IMG/VR virus record: IMGVR_UViG_3300028393_000045
DNA length: 64,000 nt
Reading direction: 5' to 3' (one strand)
Source of the DNA: an uncultured virus (IMG/VR IMGVR_UViG_3300028393_000045)
Taxonomy: Duplodnaviria; Heunggongvirae; Uroviricota; Caudoviricetes
The notes beneath the pieces were generated by a model. It saw only the letters and a list, made by a program, of their open reading frames with translations. It was not told where the DNA came from and ran no database searches. The position numbers and the translations under genes are program-made. Of this stretch, positions 29,107-38,885 are shown piece after piece; position 1 is the stretch's first letter; every line of letters starts with the position of its first letter.

Positions 29107-32100
29107 GTGACTATACAATCCTGGACTACTAATCCTCTTACATCATTATCATTGAGTGAAATCCAACGCGAGTTTGATGGAGTAAACCCGATTAGCATGA
29201 GTGAGTATCGTGCAACATCATCTGGATACGTTAGTATTGGAAGAACTGGCTACCCATTTGGTGAGGAAGTAGAAATCCCTGGACTTGGGGTATCTATTTC
29301 AATTAGTAATTTTTACGGCGCAAGTTCTGTTCCGTATGCTATATATCCACAAAAAGTTTCGTTCAATGAGGGCGAAACAATGACATTTACTATCACAGCT
29401 CCAGTTACAAACGGAACAAAATTATACTGGACCTTTGATGATACAACAGTGAATATTCTCGTATCGCCAACTGTGTTCGATGCTGGATATAAAGATGTAG
29501 CGTATCAGACTCAGTTGTCGGCCACTGGCGGTGTTGGTAATTACACATACCGCATTGGAAGAGGCTCACTGCCGTCTGGCCTAACATTGTTTTCTGGAAA
29601 TGGTTTAATATCGGGTACTCCAACAGTTGTAGAAAGTAAAACTTTCCTGGTTAATACATCTGACACTGAATTTAATTCAAATGCATTTTTATATACCATA
29701 AGAATTGACGAGGTATTAATTTCTATAACACCAACTAGCTTTACTCCTGTTAATAAAAATGTACCGTTTACGTATTCTGTTAATGTATCAGGGGGCGCAA
29801 CACCATATATAATTACTCTGGATAGTGGATCTTTGCCACAGGGAGTCTCGTTAACACCAATGACGGATACCAGGGCCGATTTAGGAGGAATTGCAAGCAT
29901 TCCGGGCACATACAATTTTGTAATCAAAGCAGTTGACCAAAATGGTGCATCTAAAACTCGCTCATACGCTTTTGCTGTAAATGAGGTTGGTATTAGTATT
30001 AATCCAACATCATTATCACCTGCGGTTGTTAATACTCCTTATAGTCAAATTGCATACGCTACCGGTGGTACAAGTCCTTACACATATACACTGAATCTTG
30101 GCTCAACATTACCTGCTGGGTTAACACTATCGGGTAATACAGGATTAATAAGTGGATCTCCTACAATGCCGGGGGTATCATCGTTTACAATAAGAGCAAC
30201 AGATTTTAATACAAATTATGGTACCAGAGCATATACATTAACCGTCGGTGCGTCGAGTGTAGTGGTATTACCCGGAGCAATTCCTAATGTATATAAAAAT
30301 GTGCCATTTAACATTAACATAACCGGTGCAGGCGGCAGCTCACCGTATGCTTATTCTATCATATATGGGTCTTTACCAACTGGGTTGACTTTCTTCAACG
30401 CCAATGGTTATGTAACAGGAACGCCGACGGTGACTGGGACTTACGTGTTTGAAATAAAAACTATTGATGCAGTTACAAACTTCGCTACTAGACGTTACAC
30501 AGTAATGTGTGTACAAGTTGTATTAATTTTTGATCCACCGTTCTTGCCGAGAGCTAAAACAAATGTAAACTATACTCAACCTTTAATTGTATCCGGTGGC
30601 CAATCACCATATTCTTTTGCTGTTACCAGCGGGGCATTGCCTAGTGGTGTGTCATTGAGTTCTAGCGGAATTATTGTTGGTGTTCCGTCTGCACCAGTTA
30701 CTGTTAACTCGTTTACAGTAACAGTAACTGATTATAATGGTAATACTGGTACTAAAGTTTATGCATTATTGGTAGACCCTGTAGAAATAATTGTTTTACC
30801 GGCAATTTTAAACGACGGTCTTACTTCTATACCTTATTCAATGAGTTTAGCATCGTCGGGCGGAACTGCTCCTTACACTTATACATTGGTATCTGGCACG
30901 CTGCCACCTGGCATTACATTGTCAAGTGCTGGAGTATTGTCTGGTACACCAACAGTAGTTGATTTATACAATTTTACTATAAGATCGTCAGACATAAACA
31001 CCAATTCAATACAAAAAGCATATTCTTTAGCAATTTTAACTAATCAATGGTCGTTGTCGTTAATTGGTTACAGTGAAGGTGCAGTGTCTGGTTCACCAAT
31101 TACAGTCACCGAAGGATCAGCGTTAACATATATAATTAATTGGCCTACTAATATTCCTGAAGCGGCACAATCCCAATTGAGAATAGTTGGTCCTAAATTG
31201 ACAGATGCATCAGACGTTGATTTAGAAACAATTGATGTATACACCGGTGTATACAATTACGACGTTGGGTTCAGCAATGAATATAACATAACCGGAGCAG
31301 CATTAAATTTAGCAAAATCAATTGGTAGTAGTTTTTATCTGTCCAATAATTCCTTCTTTACGTCAGACGGAATTAGATATGGCCTTTACAGGAAACCAGA
31401 TGCCAATGGACTGCGTTACTGGGTTAAATATGCACAAGACAACAATTTAGCTGTAAGCGACCAAGCCTTTATTGATGCTTTCTTTTTAAAAGCGTCACTA
31501 GGTACAGGTGCTCCTGGAACAATACAGGATGGTACAAGATGTTTAAACAACACAAAGTCTTTGTCAGTTGGGTATTATGAAGGTACTGACTTTTTTGACA
31601 GACCTAATACAATTGGAAGAGCCGGTATTGCTAGTATACATATAGTTGCAGATCAATTATTGGAAGGTGCTGAATCTTTTAATGTTAAATTATTCTATAA
31701 TAGTGCAGTAGTTTCTACATGGGGTGGGGTAAATGTAACAGATACATCAACTCCGCCACCACCTAGTATTATATTAAGTAACATTGCAACCACTGGTGAA
31801 AGAGGTGTTTTGTACGACAGTACCATTTCTGCAACAGGCGGCGCAAGTCCGTACACATTAACATTCACCGGCGGTGTAATACCCAATGGTCTTACACTTG
31901 GCCCCACTGGTAATTTATTTGGCCGACCGTCTAGTACAGGAACTTTTAGTTTTACTATACAAGCAATAGATTCAGAAAATTACTCGGTGTCTAGAACTTA
32001 TAGCATTTCAATCAGTGGAAAAACTTTGATACTAACTCCAAGTTCGTTACCTGATTTTTATCTAGTAGGTCCAAGTTTGTCACCGTATTATAATTCACAG

Positions 32101-32790
32101 TTAAGTACCACAGGCGGCATAGGCAATTATACATATCAAGTTGTTGCAGGAACGCTACCATATAACTTAACATTATCAGAACTGGGATTGATAACACCAA
32201 ATGCCAATCCAGGTGTTGCTGCTACTTATACATTCACTATCAGATCAAGTGACTCGTATGGTAATTCAATTGATAAACAATATTCTATTGTTGACCATGA
32301 AACAACAAATGTACCGCCACCACCACCTCCTCCCACGCCTGGGCCAACGCCTCCGTATTATCCACCGTCTCCGTACACACCTGGCAACAGATTAACAATT
32401 GACGGGTCGGTTAGATTAAGTGCGGCATTTACTTATGTCAATGAGTCGGGTGTGGCGCCCAGAGTTGGTATATATTGGACAGCTGGGCATAACACAATAC
32501 CTTATACATATCGCATTGTAAATCCACCAAGCGAAATTACATGGACTATATCACAGGGAAATTTACCTCCAGGATATGAATTAATACCGTCGGGATTTGG
32601 GTCAGTTGTGATACAAGGAGTAGCAAATACAACAACATATTGTCAATATGGTGATTGTACTCCTGGTAACTTAGTATACAGTCCCAATAACCCTCCTACG
32701 TTTACTATAAGAGCAACAGCCGCCAATGGTGATTATGGAACTCTAATAGACGGAATATTTGTGTTTAAAACCAACGGATTTCCTTCTTAA
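29107..32790 (+). CDS. Ig-like (He_PIG-type) repeat tail/adhesin protein
   Basis: Multiple GG..PY.Y....G.LP.GL.L...G.ISGTP repeats; N-terminus SLSEIQREF..NPISMSEY. Confidence 0.75.
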   Translation: MTIQSWTTNPLTSLSLSEIQREFDGVNPISMSEYRATSSGYVSIGRTGYPFGEEVEIPGLGVSISISNFYGASSVPYAIYPQKVSFNEGETMTFTITAPVTNGTKLYWTFDDTTVNILVSPTVFDAGYKDVAYQTQLSATGGVGNYTYRIGRGSLPSGLTLFSGNGLISGTPTVVESKTFLVNTSDTEFNSNAFLYTIRIDEVLISITPTSFTPVNKNVPFTYSVNVSGGATPYIITLDSGSLPQGVSLTPMTDTRADLGGIASIPGTYNFVIKAVDQNGASKTRSYAFAVNEVGISINPTSLSPAVVNTPYSQIAYATGGTSPYTYTLNLGSTLPAGLTLSGNTGLISGSPTMPGVSSFTIRATDFNTNYGTRAYTLTVGASSVVVLPGAIPNVYKNVPFNINITGAGGSSPYAYSIIYGSLPTGLTFFNANGYVTGTPTVTGTYVFEIKTIDAVTNFATRRYTVMCVQVVLIFDPPFLPRAKTNVNYTQPLIVSGGQSPYSFAVTSGALPSGVSLSSSGIIVGVPSAPVTVNSFTVTVTDYNGNTGTKVYALLVDPVEIIVLPAILNDGLTSIPYSMSLASSGGTAPYTYTLVSGTLPPGITLSSAGVLSGTPTVVDLYNFTIRSSDINTNSIQKAYSLAILTNQWSLSLIGYSEGAVSGSPITVTEGSALTYIINWPTNIPEAAQSQLRIVGPKLTDASDVDLETIDVYTGVYNYDVGFSNEYNITGAALNLAKSIGSSFYLSNNSFFTSDGIRYGLYRKPDANGLRYWVKYAQDNNLAVSDQAFIDAFFLKASLGTGAPGTIQDGTRCLNNTKSLSVGYYEGTDFFDRPNTIGRAGIASIHIVADQLLEGAESFNVKLFYNSAVVSTWGGVNVTDTSTPPPPSIILSNIATTGERGVLYDSTISATGGASPYTLTFTGGVIPNGLTLGPTGNLFGRPSSTGTFSFTIQAIDSENYSVSRTYSISISGKTLILTPSSLPDFYLVGPSLSPYYNSQLSTTGGIGNYTYQVVAGTLPYNLTLSELGLITPNANPGVAATYTFTIRSSDSYGNSIDKQYSIVDHETTNVPPPPPPPTPGPTPPYYPPSPYTPGNRLTIDGSVRLSAAFTYVNESGVAPRVGIYWTAGHNTIPYTYRIVNPPSEITWTISQGNLPPGYELIPSGFGSVVIQGVANTTTYCQYGDCTPGNLVYSPNNPPTFTIRATAANGDYGTLIDGIFVFKTNGFPS

Positions 32791-32797
32791 TAAATAA

Positions 32798-35700
32798 TTG
32801 ATTATGACCATTAAAGTATCAGACTTCGCATCTAGCTCGCTATCGGGGAATGTAGTTTTAACTACTAAAACGGCTACATTTAGTACCACCATAACCGCAG
32901 ACGGTTTGCCCGAAGGCGCTGCAAAGATAATTGCTAAACTTAGAAAAGATAGCGTAACTGGAACGGTGTTAGCAGCATCTGATACTATTTTAATTAATGA
33001 TACTAGCCAGTCCGGAACTGGCGTTGCTATTACTGTATTGCCTTTTACACTAATTCAACCAATTAGTAATATTGCATATTCAAGACAATTGACAGCCACT
33101 GGTGGCACTGCTCCGTACCAATTTTCTTATAGTGGGAATTTGCCCACTGGATTAGATTTGTTACCAAACGGTATTTTAACAGGAATACCCAAAGAAGTTG
33201 GAGTATTTAATTTTACAGTCAGAGCCACTGATATCAACACAGACTTTGGTACAACTTATTATCAATTGGCTGTTACTGGTCCTGGTATATATTTGGCACC
33301 TTTGACAATACTTGAAGGCTATACAAATATATTTTATCAAACAACGTTTACAGCTACCGGCGGACTTGCTCCTTATTATTTTACTATATCTCAAGGTGCA
33401 TTACCAACAGGAATAGAATTAGCACCAAGCGGATCGTGTGAAGGAAAAACTTCAGCAGCAGGACCTGTTGCCATAGTAGTGACAGCAACTGATTCCAATG
33501 GTAACTCGGGATCTAAATCTTATATACTTACAATAAATCGTATTACTATAAATGTAAATCCAGTTACTTTACCGCCAGCATTTAAAAAATTACCATACTC
33601 TCAAAATATCACCGGAACTGGCGGATCAACTCCCTACACCTGGTCGGTGATAAGCCAGAATACTTTTCAAACTGGAATATTATTAAACCCTGATAACGGA
33701 ACATTATCGGGTACTTCTGTTGCTGTAGGAAGTAAATCTTTAACTGTGCAAATTACAGATAAAAATGGAAACTATGGTACCAGAGATTACACATTTTTAG
33801 TTAATGATGTAGTCATTTATATTACTCCTAATACGGCTGTATTAGCCAATATACAACTAAATTCAAGATATAGCCAGGTAATAACAGCCACTGGTGGTGC
33901 AGCATTGATCAATACAGCACCGTCGTACTCATGGGTTGTGTTCAGTGGTACTTTACCACCCGGAATAACATTCAACGGAGTTAGTGCTACTCTAGCCGGA
34001 AGGCCAACTGAAATTGGTAATTATTCGTTTGCAATACAAGCAACCGATGGATATCAAAATAGCGGAACAAGATCGTATCTGTTTAGTGTATTAGCAGTTA
34101 CGATTACATTGTCTCCAAATGAATTAGGCATTGTTACTATTGGTGATTTATATACACAGGTAATTAGTGCAACAGGCGGAGAAGCGCCGTATACTTTTGC
34201 GGTAACCGCAGGAACATTACCATCGGGTTTGACATTAAATACAAATGGAACACTATCGGGCACTACTTATATAACCTTAGAACGTTTGATTACTATCAGA
34301 GCAACTGATATAAATGGAAATTCTGGATCTAAACAATATAAAATAACAGTTGCATCTGACCATTGGATAATAAATTTAAAAAATGTCAACAGTGTTTCTT
34401 TAGAAGCATACACAGCCGCCGAATCGTCAAATAACCCTGGCAGTATTAATACAATTAACGAAAATGAATATGCAACTAGGGTAGTAGTCTCATCAAGATA
34501 TTCAGTTGGAAATGAAACTTTATATTGGAACATAGCTCAGGCCCCTGGGATAGATGCACACCCAGTGGGCAGCGATTTTGGAATTATTACAGCAAGCACA
34601 GTTACTAAAGCCATATACGATTACGACACTCGTTTCGCTAATGAGTTTTCTTTTAATGCCGGGCAAATAACGTTAGCTAAATGGATAGCAACAAATCTAT
34701 ATCAGTCAAATACCTCATATAATACAGATACTGGTACAAAATACGGATTATTTAGAAAACCCGATGCAGCTGGATTGGCTGGTTGGGTTAGAGGTGCTAC
34801 CGCTAATAACTGGGGTGTAGGAAACACAAGTTTAATTAATCAGTTCTTTAGAGGGGCAAGCACAGAAATGGACTATGCCAGATCATTAACATCTAATAAA
34901 ACATTTTTACCTGACATAAATCAGTCTGGGACTTATTTCTACGACAGACCCGACAGCGTTGGTGGTACAATTATTACATTTAATCCTTATACTTACACAA
35001 ACGGATACAGCCAAGAGTTTAATGTAGTAGGAGCTGATCTGACATTAGCTCAATGGATTGGCGCTAATTTATACGCATCAAACAGTCAGTTTACTACAAA
35101 TTTAACCCCAGCAATACGATACGGATTATTCAGGAATCCTGATCTACTGGGATTAAACTCTTGGGTTAATAGAGCAAAAGCAATGAGTTGGGGCATCAAT
35201 GATGCAAATTTAATAAATGAATTTTTTACCGGCGCATCAATAAATGTACTTGACGGCCCCAGATCACTAACAAACAAAAAAGATTTTATACCCGGACATT
35301 CCCCCGGCGATGTGTTTTATGATAGACCAAATAAAACCGGTCTACTTGGGATTTCAGCAGTTGCAGATAATCTCACCGAAGGTCCGGAACAGTTCATTGT
35401 AGAAATAAGACAAAACAGTTTAACTGGACCGGTTGTTGCAACGACCGATAATATTACTATTGCTGATAATAGTACAGCTAGCGCGACCACTTATAATAAT
35501 AACGCGGTTGGATTCAGAAATTTCATCTATAGAGTAAGCGAAGGCGACACAATGAATTTTGAAGTGTTGGCACCCGGTAATGTGTCAACCGCTGACTTAG
35601 CAGTTAAATTAACTCAAATAGTAGTATCTACACCGTCTACTGCCAGCCCACCGGATTTTGTTGTAAGTACAAAAACTGTCCCAATGGTTGGAAGAGTAGG

Positions 35701-38692
35701 AACAGCCAGTTTGACAGTGGTAGCAGACATGATAACCGAAGGCGAAGAATATGTTACTATTGCGGTGGTATATGATGCCTTACAACGATCTTCGTTGGAA
35801 GGACCAGTGCTAATTGCTGATACGTCAAAGGTAACATATGATTTTGTTAACACACCTGCTGCCGTTAACGAAGGAAGTGTAGGGACTTTTACTATTAACA
35901 CCACGGGAGTTTCTGATGGTACAAGATTATACTGGCGTATTAATCATATAACTACACAACCAGCAGATTTCTTTTATGCAGCATCAAAATTTGATGTGTT
36001 GTATGCATTTGCATCTAATCCCATTGCACCTCTTAAACCATCATCTGATGCAGTCATTGAGTATTGGATGACAAATGGATTAACAGCATTTAACTACTTT
36101 ATACTAACAACAAGAACTAAAAGTCCTGCTGTTGCACAACAAATTGATGCAGATCGAATTGCAGATGCAATAGGCACTACCGGACAACCTATACTAGCTA
36201 CACGAGCTGCGGTGTTGGCTGCTTATTATGATTATAGTCAGGCTCCAATGTTTCCAATTGAAAGCGATATCAGATATTGGATGACTTACGGATTGGGGGT
36301 AAACAATGCTACATTTATAGCTTCAATCCAATCTGCAAACTCTGCCAACCCTGCACTGCAACTGGCAAATCAACAGCAAAGAGCAGACCTAATAGGCAGA
36401 AATACACGTTGGGAAGTGTTGTATGCATTTGCCGGTTGTGCATATGCACCTTTGGTTCCAACTGAGGCGGAAATAGCCGACTGGAGATGCAGGGGATTAC
36501 TTGGATTCCAGCAAAATATGTCATCTCGATATCGTGGCGCAAGAGCATCTACAATTTTAGCTCAAAGAAATGCAGATGAATTACTACCTGGGGTACTAGC
36601 GGGGCAATATGTTCTTAATTCAAGATCGGCTGTGTTAGCAGCATATCAAGACAATCCTGATACACAACCGTTTCCGAGTGAAGTTGAAATAAGGTATTGG
36701 ATGGAACACGGATTGGGAACCAATAAGACAACATTTAGTAGTGCAGTTCAAACATACAATCAGCAAAACCCAACTGCTTATGCTCAAAATTTAGCAACTA
36801 GGGCACAAATAGCAAAAGATAATTCAAGAGCATGTAGAGGTTCATTTTTAGTTCAAGGCGACGTTGGCACATTTGGTATTAGAGCCAGGGCCGATTTATT
36901 AGCTGAAACTAGCCAACAATTTACAATAAGTTTAAGTACATCTGAAAATAGTGAACCGGTTGCAACAACTAGTATTGTTACTATAACAGATACTAGTATA
37001 GAAATATATTCAACAGTACCAGTGGACTACGGTGGTGTGCAATATTCTTACTCTAATTCTGCATCTGGATATACATGGTATACAGTAGGGTATGGTTATC
37101 CAATATTAATCGATTCCACCAGTTTAAATATAAATGGTGCAGGATCCCTGGGGTCTTCGCCGGGTGGTACATTTGTAGTTAGCGGCGGCATTGGTGCTGT
37201 TACACCAACATTAAATGGTGAGTCGCCTACTTTTACTATCAATAATCCAACTGGAAGAGGAACAATTTATCAAATTGTAGCAGAATATTTTATCAGATCA
37301 AATATGCCAATTACGTATGCTATATATCGAGTAGCATCTACTGGGGATATTCTAGTACAAGAAAATATAAGAACATTTGATAGGGTGTCCGGAATAGATG
37401 ATGATAACTTTCCGTACAGTCGTTACAACTATTGGCCGTTAACTCAAACTGGGTATGTTGTCATACCTAGTAATACCACATATACATTTAAAATAAAAAT
37501 GTCTGGCACTAGCTATAATTCTATTCCTGCTGGAAGTGGGCTAACCTCTGGAACCACAGTTTATTGTGATCCAAGCGGACTACGCAGAATTACAGTTAAT
37601 CCGGTTATGACAGATGCTCCGGGATATGCATTACCTTTCTATTGGGTACAAGGGTACTCGGATCAAAATTATATTCCGCCTTCTACATATTATGTATCTT
37701 TTAACTCCGTTGGCCAGCCAACTATTACAATGAGCGAAGGTGATACTATTACTGTAATAATGACAGGATTTTATATAGTAAACGGTACATATACCTGGAA
37801 TCTTTATCGTACTGGTGGAGGTGCTGTTAGCGGTAGTGACTTTAGTGCATCATCTGGGTCATTTACAATGACTAGCAATTATGGATCTTTTACGTTAACT
37901 GCACTATCGGATGCAGTTACAGAAGGAACATTAACATATTATGTGGATATTGTACTTGGCGGAACAGTGATAGTATCTTCTAGTACTATTGCACTTACAG
38001 TATTAGATACCAGCTTAACACCACCACCACCATATTACCCACCACCACCATATTACCCACCACCACCATATTACCCACCGTACTATGCACCGTACTATGC
38101 ACCATATGTTGATCCTGGCAGCCGTGGCGGCGGCCGTGGTGGTGATGGTGGAGTTGGAGTTGGAGTTGGAGACGGCGGCGTTGGCGGTGCAAAAGGCGGT
38201 CCTGAGGGCAGAGGCACAATCGGAGGTGACGGCGACGGAGGAACTGGTAGCGTTGGCGTTGCCCATGGCTTTGGAGACGGCGATGGCGGCGGCGATGGAG
38301 GTGGCGGAGGTGGTGGTGGAGGTGGTGGTGGTGGTGGAGGCGGACGTGTAATCTGTACGCATTTCTATCGTAAAGGTGAAATGGATCGTGATACATGGCG
38401 TGCCGATCTTGAGTTCACATTTAACCACCTTAGCCCAACTACTGTTCGTGGTTATCAATTTTGGGGGATTCCGTATGTTAAGTTAATGCGTAGAAGCAAA
38501 TTAGCAGAAGATATTATGAGACCAATAGCTATTCATCGTGCCAAAGAGCTTGCTTATCAAATGGGTAAAAGTTCAAAAGGATCGCTATTTGGTAAAGTTG
38601 TGCGACTGATATTTGAACCTACATGTTTTGTAATAGGATTATTTGTAGGTGAACAAGATTGGAAGGCTCTATGGGGCCCAATGAAAGACTAA
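32798..38692 (+). CDS. 1964-aa multidomain adhesin-like virion protein (Ig repeats, helical repeats, Pro/Tyr and Gly tracts, C-terminal VICT domain)
   Basis: Translated sequence shows these domain patterns directly. Confidence 0.7.
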   Translation: MIMTIKVSDFASSSLSGNVVLTTKTATFSTTITADGLPEGAAKIIAKLRKDSVTGTVLAASDTILINDTSQSGTGVAITVLPFTLIQPISNIAYSRQLTATGGTAPYQFSYSGNLPTGLDLLPNGILTGIPKEVGVFNFTVRATDINTDFGTTYYQLAVTGPGIYLAPLTILEGYTNIFYQTTFTATGGLAPYYFTISQGALPTGIELAPSGSCEGKTSAAGPVAIVVTATDSNGNSGSKSYILTINRITINVNPVTLPPAFKKLPYSQNITGTGGSTPYTWSVISQNTFQTGILLNPDNGTLSGTSVAVGSKSLTVQITDKNGNYGTRDYTFLVNDVVIYITPNTAVLANIQLNSRYSQVITATGGAALINTAPSYSWVVFSGTLPPGITFNGVSATLAGRPTEIGNYSFAIQATDGYQNSGTRSYLFSVLAVTITLSPNELGIVTIGDLYTQVISATGGEAPYTFAVTAGTLPSGLTLNTNGTLSGTTYITLERLITIRATDINGNSGSKQYKITVASDHWIINLKNVNSVSLEAYTAAESSNNPGSINTINENEYATRVVVSSRYSVGNETLYWNIAQAPGIDAHPVGSDFGIITASTVTKAIYDYDTRFANEFSFNAGQITLAKWIATNLYQSNTSYNTDTGTKYGLFRKPDAAGLAGWVRGATANNWGVGNTSLINQFFRGASTEMDYARSLTSNKTFLPDINQSGTYFYDRPDSVGGTIITFNPYTYTNGYSQEFNVVGADLTLAQWIGANLYASNSQFTTNLTPAIRYGLFRNPDLLGLNSWVNRAKAMSWGINDANLINEFFTGASINVLDGPRSLTNKKDFIPGHSPGDVFYDRPNKTGLLGISAVADNLTEGPEQFIVEIRQNSLTGPVVATTDNITIADNSTASATTYNNNAVGFRNFIYRVSEGDTMNFEVLAPGNVSTADLAVKLTQIVVSTPSTASPPDFVVSTKTVPMVGRVGTASLTVVADMITEGEEYVTIAVVYDALQRSSLEGPVLIADTSKVTYDFVNTPAAVNEGSVGTFTINTTGVSDGTRLYWRINHITTQPADFFYAASKFDVLYAFASNPIAPLKPSSDAVIEYWMTNGLTAFNYFILTTRTKSPAVAQQIDADRIADAIGTTGQPILATRAAVLAAYYDYSQAPMFPIESDIRYWMTYGLGVNNATFIASIQSANSANPALQLANQQQRADLIGRNTRWEVLYAFAGCAYAPLVPTEAEIADWRCRGLLGFQQNMSSRYRGARASTILAQRNADELLPGVLAGQYVLNSRSAVLAAYQDNPDTQPFPSEVEIRYWMEHGLGTNKTTFSSAVQTYNQQNPTAYAQNLATRAQIAKDNSRACRGSFLVQGDVGTFGIRARADLLAETSQQFTISLSTSENSEPVATTSIVTITDTSIEIYSTVPVDYGGVQYSYSNSASGYTWYTVGYGYPILIDSTSLNINGAGSLGSSPGGTFVVSGGIGAVTPTLNGESPTFTINNPTGRGTIYQIVAEYFIRSNMPITYAIYRVASTGDILVQENIRTFDRVSGIDDDNFPYSRYNYWPLTQTGYVVIPSNTTYTFKIKMSGTSYNSIPAGSGLTSGTTVYCDPSGLRRITVNPVMTDAPGYALPFYWVQGYSDQNYIPPSTYYVSFNSVGQPTITMSEGDTITVIMTGFYIVNGTYTWNLYRTGGGAVSGSDFSASSGSFTMTSNYGSFTLTALSDAVTEGTLTYYVDIVLGGTVIVSSSTIALTVLDTSLTPPPPYYPPPPYYPPPPYYPPYYAPYYAPYVDPGSRGGGRGGDGGVGVGVGDGGVGGAKGGPEGRGTIGGDGDGGTGSVGVAHGFGDGDGGGDGGGGGGGGGGGGGGGGRVICTHFYRKGEMDRDTWRADLEFTFNHLSPTTVRGYQFWGIPYVKLMRRSKLAEDIMRPIAIHRAKELAYQMGKSSKGSLFGKVVRLIFEPTCFVIGLFVGEQDWKALWGPMKD
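38021..38345 (+). repeat. YYPPPP (ccaccaccatattac) repeats followed by a poly-Gly tract
   Basis: 15-nt tandem repeats and GGN runs. Confidence 0.85.
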
Positions 38693-38693
38693 T

Positions 38694-38879
38694 ATGATAC
38701 ATTTAAACGAATTAATTCCAGGATACGAAAACTTGGAGACAAGAAATCAAATTATAAAGGACATAGATGACTATGCACTAAGTATCGAGTTTACTCAAGA
38801 AGAAGTAAATTCTATTCAGGACCCTAGAATGATTTTAATAGCATACGAAGCAATGATGTACAGAAGACTAAAAGGATAA
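38694..38879 (+). CDS. Hypothetical 61-aa protein
   Basis: Fills the gap between two co-oriented genes. Confidence 0.6.
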   Translation: MIHLNELIPGYENLETRNQIIKDIDDYALSIEFTQEEVNSIQDPRMILIAYEAMMYRRLKG

Positions 38880-38885
38880 TATAAA

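Noticed and set aside
37995..38458. His/Arg- and Trp-rich alternative-frame ORFs
   Set aside because: Artefacts of Gly/Pro codon repeats
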